Source of the DNA: a virus
Reading direction: 5' to 3' (one strand)
Length of the DNA: 64,000 bases
IMG/VR virus record: IMGVR_UViG_3300044940_000144
Location: 11,958 to 75,957 of that record
Of the stretch, positions 25,043-36,000 are shown piece by piece. The position numbers and the translations under genes were made by a program. The first letter of the stretch is position 1; each line of letters opens with the position of its first letter. The notes beneath the pieces are model-generated. The model saw only the letters and a program-made list of their open reading frames with translations. It did no database searches and was not told the origin of the DNA.

Positions 25043-25749
25043 GCCGGAAGGCCGTCTTCGATGGCCGTCATTGAGTTCATGGAGCTGGCTGCGCGCAGCA
25101 TGTCGCGGGCCGACAGCGACCCGCCCCGGCCGGTGCCGCCGTGGATGGCCTCCCAGCAGCGCTCGAACTGGGCGTCGTTGCCGTAGATCAGATTCAGCCC
25201 GGGACGTCCCGTCCACCAGCGGTCGCCCTCGAAGAAGCGTTCGATGATCTGCTGGTGCTCCTGCAGGCCGACGGACGAGTAGTTGCGGATGCGGCATACG
25301 AGCATCCGCAGGTGGTCGTTGTTGAGCGTGTAGCGGGTGCCCGCCACCTGGTTGAAGTGCGCCAGGATGCCCTCGGCCAGCAATCGCTCGTCATCGGAGA
25401 CGGCTTTACCGGACACTACCTTGCGCGTGACCGCGGGCGCGGCGACCGCGGGCGCGGCGGGCACCGTGTCCCACCAGGTGCCCTTGAGCACGTAGACGTC
25501 GCTGCCGCCGATCACGTCGGTCACCAGCTCGGCCATCCCGGCGCTCGTCAGCTCTGCCCAGAACTTGGGTAGCGACGTCTGGCGGACGCCGAGCATCTTG
25601 GCGACGGCCGGGTCACCCGGGTAGCGCGTCATGCCGCAGGCTATGGCGTACAGCAACCGCGCCTCACGGCTGAGAGAGGTGTTGGAAAGCACGGACGTGG
25701 GCACGACGGCGATGTCACCGTCCCAATCGCGCCTGACGTGCTGGGTCAT
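25039..25749 (-). CDS. putative replication initiator (HTH plus conserved phage C-terminal domain)
   Basis: LSREARLLY HTH; ILAHFNQVAGTRY...FE C-terminal pattern. Confidence 0.65.
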   Translation of the reverse strand: MTQHVRRDWDGDIAVVPTSVLSNTSLSREARLLYAIACGMTRYPGDPAVAKMLGVRQTSLPKFWAELTSAGMAELVTDVIGGSDVYVLKGTWWDTVPAAPAVAAPAVTRKVVSGKAVSDDERLLAEGILAHFNQVAGTRYTLNNDHLRMLVCRIRNYSSVGLQEHQQIIERFFEGDRWWTGRPGLNLIYGNDAQFERCWEAIHGGTGRGGSLSARDMLRAASSMNSMTAIEDGLPA

Positions 25750-26537
25750 TCTTCTGGTTCCCCCTTGTCGCCATCGTCGGGGACGACGATCTCATGCTGC
25801 ATGGCCCGCAACGGGTCGAACTCAGACAGCAGATGATGCAGTTTGTGCCGGTCATCAGGATCGGTGACGCTGGCTATCAGCGCTCGTGCGGCCTCGAACT
25901 TCTCGGGATCGTCCGGCTTGACCAAGGACCCGCCATCGACGTTGACGTTGACCTGCTCGATCTGCTGGCGCTGATCGATCTGCTGCTGGGTCTTGATCGG
26001 GACCAACTCATACTCGTCGTAGCCACGCAGCTTGGACTTGTATTCGAGCAACCGCATGACCGCGCTCTGCCATAGCTGGAACCAGTTGCCCGTGGACTCC
26101 TGGGTCATGCCCAGCTCCTCGTCCTGCTTTTTGCAGCGCAGGTACTCCATGCGGGCGACCTCGACCTGGGTCTCCAGCTCCTCGATCTCCCAGTGAATGC
26201 TCTGGCGAGGACGGCGCGGCGGGCGCGCGGGGTAGAACTCGTCGAACTCCGAGTCATCCAGCGGCTCGCGCCATTCCCTGTCGACCAGGTACCGGTTGCG
26301 GTAGGCGATCAGCGTCTTTCGCGGGATGTGAAAGCGCTTGTTGGAGGGGTCTTTCGCGACCGGATAGCGAAGCTGCAGCCACTTCTCGACCTGGTAGGCG
26401 CTTTTGACCATCAGCATGTCCTCGATGTGCTGACGGTCCGGATGCCTCCAGACGGCCGTGCGGCGGCGGTTGGCCAGCTCGGCCTCCTGCGCCGCCGCCT
26501 TGACGTCCGGCAGATCGCCTTTGCGCCTACGCGCCAT
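25746..26537 (-). CDS. helical DNA-binding protein, possible terminase small subunit
   Basis: HPDR..IE.ML...Y..V.KWL...I.RKTL..Y HTH plus a coiled coil; resembles Mu gp27/DUF3486-type proteins. Confidence 0.4.
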   Translation of the reverse strand: MARRRKGDLPDVKAAAQEAELANRRRTAVWRHPDRQHIEDMLMVKSAYQVEKWLQLRYPVAKDPSNKRFHIPRKTLIAYRNRYLVDREWREPLDDSEFDEFYPARPPRRPRQSIHWEIEELETQVEVARMEYLRCKKQDEELGMTQESTGNWFQLWQSAVMRLLEYKSKLRGYDEYELVPIKTQQQIDQRQQIEQVNVNVDGGSLVKPDDPEKFEAARALIASVTDPDDRHKLHHLLSEFDPLRAMQHEIVVPDDGDKGEPEE

Positions 26538-26545
26538 CGCGTCTG

Positions 26546-26815
26546 TTAGCTGTCCACCCGGAAGGTGGCCTTCAGCGGCAGGCCGTTCATAGCCACCAGC
26601 TTCATCATCGAGGCGAACTCGCTCGACGGGATCTCGAACGTGACCCGGGCCGACGGCGGGTTGTCACCGGTGATCCGCCAGGTCGATGCGCCCTGGGCCA
26701 GCGACAGGATCAGCGTGACCTCCTGGAGCCGTGAGTCCACCGGACGACCCGGCCAGTCGCGGACGTCCGTGACCTCTCCCGTTGCGGGGTCGTAGTCAAC
26801 CTCACCGATGCTCAT
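26546..26815 (-). CDS. hypothetical protein
   Basis: AAAGGA RBS; D.ATGEV motif. Confidence 0.7.
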   Translation of the reverse strand: MSIGEVDYDPATGEVTDVRDWPGRPVDSRLQEVTLILSLAQGASTWRITGDNPPSARVTFEIPSSEFASMMKLVAMNGLPLKATFRVDS

Positions 26816-26845
26816 AGCAGTCCTTTCCGGCGATTGCGGCCGTTG

Positions 26846-27649
26846 TCAAGGCCTCAGCCCTTTCGGATTGTGAATACAGTCATCGTAAAATGGGCACCAC
26901 TTGGATGAGCAATGCCACCCATCGCGGCGGCGCGGGAAGTACCCTGCACGGATCAGCCCGGCGACGTCACGAACGGTCTCAGAGGCGAACGACGAAAACG
27001 CGCTCGTGGCGCCGTGGTCGATGCGCTGGCGCTGGACCGTGACACCCTTGCGGGGTGAGTCGACCAGATAGACGTAGTTGATGGGCGCCCCGTCGCGGGC
27101 CATGTGGTAGATCTCCGACTGGATCGCCCTGAACGCCATGTCGTCGGAGGGGGCCTTCTGCTTGGTTTTCCAGTCGAAGGTCTCGCCCGCTTCGTCGATC
27201 ATGTCGATGCGTCCGACCACCCGGACGTCGCCGACCTCGATGGAGAAGGTTTTCTCGACGAACAGCGGCTTGGCACCAGGCAGCACGTCGGTCGCCCAGG
27301 TGCGCGTCAGCCGCACCGCCTTGTCCACGGCGTGATCGGAGTGCTTGGCCGACAGCTCCTCGTTGGCGCCACGCAGCGTGGTCTTGTCCCGCGCGGCGTC
27401 GAGCACGGCATCAAGCGGTGGGTCCTTTTTCTGGCTGATCTTGTGGGTCAGCGCGTATTCGGCGGCGTCATGGAATCCCAGACCGGCGACCAGGCCCGCG
27501 TCACCCCTGAATGGGACCTTGGCGATCTTCTCGTACCAGAAGCGCCGGGGGCATTTCAGATACGTCGCGATCGAGGACGGGGACAGATGACCGATAAGCC
27601 CGGGGACGACCTCCAGGCCCGACGAGACCGGCAGGTCGGGGGTGCTCAT
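26846..27649 (-). CDS. PD-(D/E)XK nuclease (RecB/Cas4-like)
   Basis: LSPSSI..Y..CPRR, GRID, DWKT, C...WCPF...C. Confidence 0.88.
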   Translation of the reverse strand: MSTPDLPVSSGLEVVPGLIGHLSPSSIATYLKCPRRFWYEKIAKVPFRGDAGLVAGLGFHDAAEYALTHKISQKKDPPLDAVLDAARDKTTLRGANEELSAKHSDHAVDKAVRLTRTWATDVLPGAKPLFVEKTFSIEVGDVRVVGRIDMIDEAGETFDWKTKQKAPSDDMAFRAIQSEIYHMARDGAPINYVYLVDSPRKGVTVQRQRIDHGATSAFSSFASETVRDVAGLIRAGYFPRRRDGWHCSSKWCPFYDDCIHNPKGLRP

Positions 27650-27912
27650 GCCACGTTCTCCGCGTACGAGCCGTCGGAGTCCGAGCGCATCATCCATACG
27701 GCTTGTCCGACGACCTCGATGTCCTCCCACAACGCGCGGTAATACGCCAGCCCCGGGGGTTCGGCGCGCGTCTCAGGGCACAGGACATATCCCGCGACGC
27801 CCCAGGTCGCGACCTTCTCGACCGTCATGAAACAGCCGGGGAAGAACGAGTCGAAGAGATCGGGACGTATCTGCACGACCGTGCCCGGGGGCATGTCGGG
27901 GGCAGGCCGCAT
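27646..27912 (-). CDS. hypothetical protein
   Basis: 88 aa, coupled to both neighbours. Confidence 0.75.
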   Translation of the reverse strand: MRPAPDMPPGTVVQIRPDLFDSFFPGCFMTVEKVATWGVAGYVLCPETRAEPPGLAYYRALWEDIEVVGQAVWMMRSDSDGSYAENVA

Positions 27913-28850
27913 CAGAACTTGATCGACTCTGCCTGGATCAGGTTCTTGCAGTTGTCGAAGATCGACATGTCGTCGGGATCCTGGGCGTTGACCAGCGATT
28001 TCATGTCGTTGACACCGACCGCCCGCAGGATCTCGTTGACCCGGGCCTTTTCGACCCCGCCTTCGGCGCCGAGCTCGACCAGCCGCTCGTAGCGCTCCTG
28101 GCCGAGCCGCACGACGTCGAACGACGCCCGCCGGGCCTCGGGGGTGGTCGCCTGCGCAGGCGCGGGGAGCTCGCCCGTGTTGGCGAAGTGCTGGATAGCC
28201 TGCAGGACGCGATCGACGTCGCCCATCGTCAGATGGGACATGCCGCCGCCGGTCTCAGACATGATGAGCTGCTCCAGGTTCTCATCCGAGAGCCCGGCCG
28301 CCCTGGCACGGGCGCCCACCAGGCCGCGCTGCTTGTCCGAGGCGGGCCGGTTCGGGTCACGGGGGCCACTGCCATAACCGCCGCCTGCCGGGCGCACCTG
28401 TTGTGTCTCGGAGCCCGCCGGGGGAGTCCATGCGATCCCCTCGGATGCGTCGGCCTCCTCGTCGCCTGTGGCGATCATGAACAGGTTTATCAAAAAGTAC
28501 TTACGGCAGGCCGTCATGGCCTTGTTCAGGCCCTTGTCGGACCAGTCGTCGGCCTCGCCGGACCACGAGACGACGCGCTCCGAGGTGCCGTCGGTGATCG
28601 TGTATTCGACCACCACCGTGTGCCGGGTGCCGCCCCGGCTCTGGTCACCCACCGGAGTCGCCGTGTGCTCTTTCAGGTTTGGGATGATGGCGATGCCATG
28701 CTTGGCCAGATGCGGCCGGATCGCATCGCTGATGTCCGCCTCGGTGGCGAAATGCCACCCCTGCGGGTGGCGGCCCGTCTTGGGGACGCGCGTCATCGCG
28801 CCAGAGATCGCCGCGAGCTTGCCCGCAAGGCTGAGATCGTCTGTAGCCAC
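27912..28850 (-). CDS. ERF-family ssDNA annealing protein
   Basis: DKGLNKAMT..RKYFL..LF.I.TG..D signature. Confidence 0.85.
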   Translation of the reverse strand: MATDDLSLAGKLAAISGAMTRVPKTGRHPQGWHFATEADISDAIRPHLAKHGIAIIPNLKEHTATPVGDQSRGGTRHTVVVEYTITDGTSERVVSWSGEADDWSDKGLNKAMTACRKYFLINLFMIATGDEEADASEGIAWTPPAGSETQQVRPAGGGYGSGPRDPNRPASDKQRGLVGARARAAGLSDENLEQLIMSETGGGMSHLTMGDVDRVLQAIQHFANTGELPAPAQATTPEARRASFDVVRLGQERYERLVELGAEGGVEKARVNEILRAVGVNDMKSLVNAQDPDDMSIFDNCKNLIQAESIKF

Positions 28851-29071
28851 AGTCGGTCGTCCTATTGTTGAGGATGCAAGTGGCCCGCGTCGTCGATGGG
28901 GGGCCGCCTGCGGGCGGGACGGCTCGGTTTCTTCCTCGTTGTTCGAGGAGGGGGACCCTCCCCCATGGGCTCGAACGACTCACCCAGGTCTGTCTGCCGA
29001 CCGGCGCGATGGTGTTTTTCCTGCACTTTGCAGCTTCCATCGCGTTACAGACAACCTACAACATGACCATG

Positions 29072-29344
29072 CTACCCGTCAACCACCCGAACCGAACCCG
29101 TCGCGACCCGGGCTGCAGGCAAGCCGTTCTGCCAGAGCAAGACCGTCCAGCGCAGGTCGTTTTCCAGGACCGGGAAATCGACCTCCAGGACCCCGTCGTG
29201 CAGCGAGAGAACCGCCTCGACCGACGGGTCGGTGCACGTGAACGAGAGCCTTTGCCCATCCTGGAGCACCAGCGGCTCTCCGTGGTGGTCATTGACCACG
29301 GCCCGGAGGCGGGATTGCCGCCCCCGGAGCGCGAGGAGCTGCAT
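29072..29344 (-). CDS. hypothetical protein
   Basis: ATG overlaps the holin stop. Confidence 0.55.
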   Translation of the reverse strand: MQLLALRGRQSRLRAVVNDHHGEPLVLQDGQRLSFTCTDPSVEAVLSLHDGVLEVDFPVLENDLRWTVLLWQNGLPAARVATGSVRVVDG

Positions 29345-29640
29345 CAGGGGGTCGGCTCGTCCGCTCCGCCCTCGGTCGGGACGGGCTCGGGGACGACGAT
29401 GCCACCGGCCATCATCGCCGCCTGCCACATCCGGCCGATGACCGTGACCGACAATAGGATCGCCGAGGCGATGACCCAGATGTCCGGGTCCACGCCGAGC
29501 GGGGCCGATGCATCGGCCAGCTCGCCAATGAGCGGGACGATGGCCGACGCCGCTCCCGAGACGAACCCCACGACGGTGCTGATACCGACGGCAACCGAAC
29601 GGTCAAGCGCCACGAGTTTCCTCCTTGCGTGTTGAGTCAT
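29344..29640 (-). CDS. holin
   Basis: Two hydrophobic segments; directly after the endolysin. Confidence 0.7.
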   Translation of the reverse strand: MTQHARRKLVALDRSVAVGISTVVGFVSGAASAIVPLIGELADASAPLGVDPDIWVIASAILLSVTVIGRMWQAAMMAGGIVVPEPVPTEGGADEPTP

Positions 29641-30407
29641 GACACCCGCACCCGTCGCTTCAGGGTACGGAAGCGGTGTCCGGGACGCTGTGCCCTGGCC
29701 TTTGCGAGATCGGCGTCCCTTCTGGCTTTGGTCGCGAACCACGGCGACAGGGCGCGCTGCCCCGTCCAGAACACCCATCGTGGCACCACAACACCGTTGA
29801 CGCGTCGCAGGATCCTACCGCGTCGCACGTGGCCGGGGTTGCCGTGGGCGGCGACCCACTTGGCAATCGCTGCCTCGCGATGCTCCGCCCGCGCCCACGG
29901 GCCGTGCATGACGGGCTTGGCGTCGAGGTCTTGCCATGAGTACTCGGTGCGGTAGACGGGCGACGAAGGGGCGGCGGTGAGCGCCGACGGCACGCAGAAA
30001 AACGCACCCGCAATAGAGCGGTCGTGCTCGCGCACCATGTCGCCGGTGTTGCCCCCGATCGTTCTCCATATGCCCGGGGCGACCCGCTTGACGGCGATCT
30101 CCACGTGCCCATGGGGGCCGGGGTTCCAGACGACGAAGCACCCCGGCACGGGCTCCGGGCGCAGTCGGCCCTTCGCCCTGGCGTTGGCATAAATCGTCCA
30201 GGTTGACGGGTGACCGAGGTCGTCGTCGTCGACTCCCGCCTCGCGGTACATCGCGTCCGCGAACATGCCGCACCACGGCTGCCCGGCCATCCCCCAGAAC
30301 CGCTGCCAACGGTCGATGTCCGGGCCTCTGTTGCTGCCAGGCGGCGTCTCCGCGGTCCCCACATACCGGCGGGCCTGGGCGATGATTCTCGCCGCCGCGT
30401 TGCTCAC
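29637..30407 (-). CDS. endolysin, CHAP amidase
   Basis: QPWCGMF, GHVEI, IGGNT. Confidence 0.88.
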   Translation of the reverse strand: MSNAAARIIAQARRYVGTAETPPGSNRGPDIDRWQRFWGMAGQPWCGMFADAMYREAGVDDDDLGHPSTWTIYANARAKGRLRPEPVPGCFVVWNPGPHGHVEIAVKRVAPGIWRTIGGNTGDMVREHDRSIAGAFFCVPSALTAAPSSPVYRTEYSWQDLDAKPVMHGPWARAEHREAAIAKWVAAHGNPGHVRRGRILRRVNGVVVPRWVFWTGQRALSPWFATKARRDADLAKARAQRPGHRFRTLKRRVRVS

Positions 30408-30429
30408 GACACCCCTCCCAATCGACGGT

Positions 30430-30807
30430 TCACGGCACGAAATCGCCGACGGGCCCCGGGTCGATGCCGGTCACGCGGATCGCCGTCTCGCGACACGACT
30501 GGATCACGAGCGCATCCGGATCCAGCTGCGGGACATAAAAGCCCCTTCCAGAGGCCCTGCGGTCCCTCGCCTGCTCGTTGGCGATAGCCCGGACGGCGCG
30601 GCGCAACTCGTTGCCGCGCTCGCACGTCAGCACGGTCTGCGCGACGGTCGCGCCGATGACGCGCTCAACGTCATCGACGTTCGCCTCGATACGGGCGAAC
30701 ATCATGCCAACCAGGGCGAGAGTCACTGCGAGCATCACCGCCATCCACGCCAGGGCCCGGCGTTTCATGCGCGCAATGACCCGCTCGTGATCTGCATGCG
30801 GGATCAT
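30430..30807 (-). CDS. membrane-anchored lysis-cassette protein
   Basis: N-terminal TM segment and two Cys; ATGA overlap. Confidence 0.65.
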   Translation of the reverse strand: MIPHADHERVIARMKRRALAWMAVMLAVTLALVGMMFARIEANVDDVERVIGATVAQTVLTCERGNELRRAVRAIANEQARDRRASGRGFYVPQLDPDALVIQSCRETAIRVTGIDPGPVGDFVP

Positions 30808-30880
30808 GCGAGGAACCTCACAACCGACGCGACGATCGTGGCCCACACAATCGCCGTCAGCAACATGACCACGACGAGCG

Positions 30881-31090
30881 TCACCGCCGGAACGCGCGGT
30901 CCGCCACCGCCGACAGTCCCATGCCCAGGAGCACCAGCGTCCCGGCGAACGCCAGGACCTCCGGCCTGCCTTCCCCCCGGGACTCCACGGTGGCGAGCAC
31001 CAGGCCCCACACGTACGCCACGATCGTGGTCAGACGTACCCACCAGCGCGGACGCCATGAGCCTCCGTTGCTGTTGCGTTCGGGGCTCAC
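30881..31090 (-). CDS. small two-TM membrane protein
   Basis: Two hydrophobic stretches; in the lysis cassette. Confidence 0.65.
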   Translation of the reverse strand: MSPERNSNGGSWRPRWWVRLTTIVAYVWGLVLATVESRGEGRPEVLAFAGTLVLLGMGLSAVADRAFRR

Positions 31091-31172
31091 GCACGCTCAC
31101 CGTCCCCTACGGCATCGCCCGGCTGGCCCAAGACGTAGCGGTGTTTCCGGCTCATCATGTGTCAACGTACAC

Positions 31173-32153
31173 TCATGTCTTGATGATAGCACCGAGCGCC
31201 ATGTAGGGCTGGACATTGTTGTGCGCGGTACCGGCCCCCTGGGCGGTGATCGTGTGAGTGTGGGCACCGCCGGAGTCGATCGACACAGAGTGTGAGTGCG
31301 ACCCGCTTGATGCGATCGAGTGGCTGTGCCCGCCGCCTGAGCTGATCGTCAACGAGTGGGTGTGGTCACCAGACGAGTTCGTCGTGACGTTGTGAGTGTG
31401 CGCACCGGCCGACTGCATCGAGTGGCTGTGCGATCCGCGCGCACCGACGCTGCCGCCGACATTGGTCCCATCGTTCCAGAAGCCCCAGTAGGGCCCGGGA
31501 GTGATGGACTGCGTCCCGTACACATAGGTGTTGAACCCGTTGGCGTCGATCGGGTGCCAGTGCGACCCGGCCGAATCGGTGTACCCGGAGTGCGAGTGCG
31601 AACCGGCCACATCCGCCGTACCCGTGTGGGTGTGCGCCCCGGACGTGTCGGTGGTGTGGGTGTGCGAACCACCCGTGCCGACGGTTCCCGTGTGAGTGTG
31701 CGACCCACTTGAGGACGTCGAGCCCGTGTGATCGTGGCTCGGCATCTCCGACAGGCTCAGCGTATGCGTCTCGGATCCACCCGAGCCGCCGAGCTGGTCG
31801 GCGGCCGCCGCCGTGATCCGGTTGGCGCTGGACCCGTTCAGGTTGTCCAGGCCGATGACGACGCGACCACGCAGGTCCGGGACGTTGAAGGTATTGACGC
31901 CATCGCCGGAACCGAAAGTGGTCCCGATGACCGAAAACAAAGCGCTGTAGGTGGTCCGCGAGACCGCCTGACCGGCGCACAAAAGCCACCCCGGAGGGGC
32001 GGTCGTGCCCGCGAACGGCGTGATGACGCCGGTCGGGACGGCGGCGATGCCACCGAGCGCCGCCTGGACGGCGGCAGTGACCTGCGCGTCGATGTCTGCC
32101 TTGGTTTTTACGTCCTTACCGGGGGTGGCCCCCGGTGACAGCAGCATGCGCAT
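31173..32153 (-). CDS. tail fibre with tail-collar domain and HxH repeats
   Basis: P.GWLLC.GQAVSRTTY..LF..IGT..G.GDG..TFNVPDLRGR; many GSHTH repeats. Confidence 0.9.
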   Translation of the reverse strand: MRMLLSPGATPGKDVKTKADIDAQVTAAVQAALGGIAAVPTGVITPFAGTTAPPGWLLCAGQAVSRTTYSALFSVIGTTFGSGDGVNTFNVPDLRGRVVIGLDNLNGSSANRITAAAADQLGGSGGSETHTLSLSEMPSHDHTGSTSSSGSHTHTGTVGTGGSHTHTTDTSGAHTHTGTADVAGSHSHSGYTDSAGSHWHPIDANGFNTYVYGTQSITPGPYWGFWNDGTNVGGSVGARGSHSHSMQSAGAHTHNVTTNSSGDHTHSLTISSGGGHSHSIASSGSHSHSVSIDSGGAHTHTITAQGAGTAHNNVQPYMALGAIIKT

Positions 32154-32506
32154 CAGACGATCCGGTGCGCGTATCCGAAGACGTTGAGCAGGCTGCCGCC
32201 GGTGCCGCAGAAGGCCTTGATGACCGCGCCGTTGTTGAGCACCAGCCCCGGGACGATCAGAAGCGGACCCGCCTTGAGATTCGGGACTTCCACTGTCATC
32301 TCGTCCGACGTCGAGGTGCCTCCGTACAACACCGTCAGCGTCGCCGCCGATGCGGACCGGCTGGCGACCCACAAATAGACCTCGTCCAGCGCGCTGGTGC
32401 CGCTGACGGCTGTATGGATCGTATTCGCCGAGCCCGACGCCGTTCCGGTGATGATGATGCCGCGCCCATTGGTGGAACCAGACAGCGCGATCTTGGTGAT
32501 TGCCAC
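32153..32506 (-). CDS. virion structural protein
   Basis: Beta-rich; in the tail-fibre block. Confidence 0.7.
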   Translation of the reverse strand: MAITKIALSGSTNGRGIIITGTASGSANTIHTAVSGTSALDEVYLWVASRSASAATLTVLYGGTSTSDEMTVEVPNLKAGPLLIVPGLVLNNGAVIKAFCGTGGSLLNVFGYAHRIV

Positions 32507-32515
32507 CAGGCCCTC

Positions 32516-33046
32516 CTATAGAAAGACGCGGGTTGCCGCCAGCATGGCGTCCGTGCTCAGGTTGGCCCCCGAGATCGAGCCCGCGACCAAGGGGTCCGAC
32601 CCCCCGGGCGCATGCTGGGATGCGTGGCTGGTCTGGCCGATCCCGGGTTCGGTCACAAGCGACGACAGCGATGACCCGTCCCAGTAGACCGTGGCCAGCT
32701 TGCGGTAGTGCGTGACAGACGGAACGCCAGGGTCCGCCACCTTGGTCAGCGAGAACGCCGGATCGACGTCAGAACTCGCGATCTGGGCGAAGATGCCGTA
32801 CGTCCCCGGGCTATCGGACCCTGAAAACGACAGGGTCTTGTTCGCCTCGGCGGTGCGCATCTGGCCGTTGATGTTGATGACGCATGCGTCCTGGCCCGCA
32901 CCGCACGCGAGCACGAAGTTCGTGGTCGTGATGGAGATGCTCTTGACCCGGATCAGGCCGATGTTCATCTCCTGCATCCGGTTGAGCCACGCGGCGACGA
33001 CGGCGGTGACGCTATCGACGAAGGTCGTATGTACCGGAATCGCCAT
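32516..33046 (-). CDS. tail fibre-associated protein
   Basis: A.WLN motif and HASQH..GG.D motif. Confidence 0.7.
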   Translation of the reverse strand: MAIPVHTTFVDSVTAVVAAWLNRMQEMNIGLIRVKSISITTTNFVLACGAGQDACVININGQMRTAEANKTLSFSGSDSPGTYGIFAQIASSDVDPAFSLTKVADPGVPSVTHYRKLATVYWDGSSLSSLVTEPGIGQTSHASQHAPGGSDPLVAGSISGANLSTDAMLAATRVFL

Positions 33047-33055
33047 TTTCAGCTC

Positions 33056-36000
33056 CTAGAGAGAGTCCCCGGCCTTGGAGACACCGGCGATGAACGCCGA
33101 CTGGTTGACCACGACCTGGATGCCCACCGGCTTGACGTCCCGGATGAGCGCCTCGGCACGCTGCCGTGCCCCAGTATTCACCGACGGAAGCCGGATATCC
33201 ACGCGGTATGCAGGATAGTTGTCCGTGACGGACAACCCGCCGACGAGGTTTTTCAGCAGCGCAAAGAACGCCTCACGCGACCCGCCCCGCTGGCGGAATC
33301 TCGCCACCAGGTGATCGCGGCGCTGATCGAGCGGGAGCGAGGGGTTGGACGCGATCCCCATCTGCCGCTCCCAGATGGGCACCGACCACGTCGCGTTGTC
33401 CACGAACGTCTGGTACGCCGCATCCTCGGATGTCGCGACCAGGTCTCCAAGCATCTTCGCGATCGCCGTGTAGATGCCCCGGATCCGCATCCCGTCGCGC
33501 AGCACCGATGGGGACGTCACGCCGATCATGTGGTCCACAAGGTTGTTCGCCTCGTACGGCCACGTGTATCGGTTGTCGAGCACGATCTTGGCTGCGCCCG
33601 TATCGGCGCGCACCACACGAACCTGGATGCGGTAGTCATGCCCGCGCGCAAAAACCGCGTCATAGACGGCAAGCGTCTGCTCGCTCGGGGTCACCCCTGA
33701 GGCCGGGTGGTAGTGGAGAACCCCCAGTTCCCACCACCATGTGCCCGGCGTGTTCTGGCAATCGGCCAGAGACGTGGCGCGCTTGATGACCTGCGAGCGG
33801 TCCCAGAGGCGGATGACCGGACGCCACGCGGGGACGGTGTAGACACCATTGCTGTACGCCCACCCCGACAATACCTCGGATGCCGACGACCACGGAGCAG
33901 GATGATCGCCGTGGACCCACAGCCAGAACTTCTTGCCCGCGACGACCGGGCCATGACCGTCCGACCAATGGCCGTTCGCAGACGCCCGCCACTGGACCGC
34001 GCTCAGATCGGTGCCGTCGCGCTCGACGTATCCCGTGACCAGGATGCGGCCATTGCCGATCGCGCCCATCCGGAACAGGTCGTCGACGCGCACCCCGGAC
34101 GGCAACCGTGACTCATCTTCGACGAGGGTGACGACGATAGTCGAGTCGCCCTCAAGGCTGACCACGACCTGCTGAGGGATGTAATCGATGAGAGCATCGA
34201 TCTGGCTTGAGCCGTTGACACCGGCGAACATCCCCAACCCGGACTCATAAAGAGCGGCGACCTGCGCAGCGGACAACGCCGTGTCGAAGACGGCCGGATC
34301 CTGGACCTGCAACGGACCCCAGTTGGTAGGAGTACTTGATCCGTTGCTGACAAACCCCCACGAGGCGTTGGTCTTGAGCGTGATTCCGGGGTACGAGTCC
34401 GACGCCGCAACCTGAGTGCCGTTGACATACAGCCGCATCCACGTGCCGTCATACGTGCCGACGACATGGCGCCAGACGGAATCGTTATGGGTAATGACGC
34501 CCCCGACGCTGCGCATCGTCGAGCTCATGTCGGTGACCCCGAAAAAGATCTGCCCCGAGCTGGTCGTGTGGATGATCCACCCTCCGGCCGACCCCCACCC
34601 GTTGTGCACCAGGTTGAACCATGACTTGTGGACGCTGGCCCGGAACCAGCACGAGACGCTCACCTGGCTCGTCGAGGCGCCGACGGGGTTCGCCGACAGC
34701 GAGGCACGTGGCTGGCTGGTCATCGTCGCCCGCATGACGCCGAAGGCGTCGCGGTCGCCGAACCCCTTGTCAGAGATCTCCTGGCGGGCGTATGCCGACA
34801 GCGATGCGACCTCAGACTCGGTCAGCACACCAGACCAGATGCCGACATGGCCCATGTCGCCGCGGAAGTACCGCGCCGATCCGGTATATGCGCGCCCGAT
34901 GCGCGTGAGCGCGTTCCACCCGGTGAAGTTCGGCGCCGCACTGAGCGTGCCCGTACAGCGCAGGATGCCGTCGACGTAGATCTTCACGTTGCCGGAGCCG
35001 GTCGTCATCGTCACGATCACGACGCTCGTTCGCCCGGCCGTGATCCCGGCGCCGGATGTCTGAAAGCTGTGGTTGCCGCTGGAGGTCCTGACAATCAGGA
35101 CCACCTCGCCGCTTGGCTGAAGCGAGACATGGAACTCGTTCTCGTCTCCGAACCCGTCCCCGGCCGCCGTCTGGCCGCACCAGATCAGGTGCTTGGCGTC
35201 GTCAAGCAGCGTCGGCCGCACGACGGCCATAAACGACATAGTCGCCGACACCAGAAGCTCGTTGCGCTCCAGGTATTGGTCGTCGGTGTCAGGGAACTTG
35301 GTCGAGATATAGCCCGGGACGACGCTCTGGTCTCCCTGGACCGATGTCACCGCCCATGTGCCGTGCTTGCCGTTGCCCGATGAGTCGGTCGCGGTAGTCG
35401 AGCCGACCGAGTTCATGCGCCAGATGGCGACCTTGTTGTTGGTGCTGGCGACTGCTGACTCAAGCGACGACGCGCTCGTGCCGACGTAGGTGATCTGATT
35501 GGCGTTTTTGACCGCCAGGTCCGGATCGGTGCCTGAGTGAACAGGATTGCGCGGGCGCCAGAACCCGACCGGCTTGTACTTGATGACCTGGTGCCAGTAA
35601 GGGTCGCGCATCGCGTAGTAGTGCGCAGCCACGCGATCCGGGGTGAGCGCGTAGTCGTAGACGGCGACCTCGGTCATGTGGCGGGTGACACCGGATTCGC
35701 TCGTGTAGCCCGCCCGGAGATTGGTCTGAGTCCCGCAGAACGGGTCGGGATCGGCATAGCTGAGCGTCCCAGAGATCGCGCCATCCCAGTAGACCCGGGC
35801 AGTGACCCCGTCGTACGTCGCCACGATGTGGTGCCAGTAGCCGTCGTTCCAGCCCACCGATGGGGTCTGGCACGTCTTATGGCCTCCGGGAACGTGGTTC
35901 CACATGAACTTGATGATCCCGGCGGGGTCGGCAAACAACGCCCAGCCACCGGCCATCTGATACCACTTTAGGCTCACCAGCTCGATGCCGTTGGACGGGT

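Noticed and set aside
26846-27649. Cas4 as evidence of a CRISPR system
   Set aside because: It is a solo PD-(D/E)XK nuclease beside ERF, a standard phage recombination pair.
31125-31165. Hammerhead-like AUGAUGAG..GAAAC..GUC before the lysis cassette
   Set aside because: C3 is missing and stems I and II do not form; more likely a small leaderless ORF.
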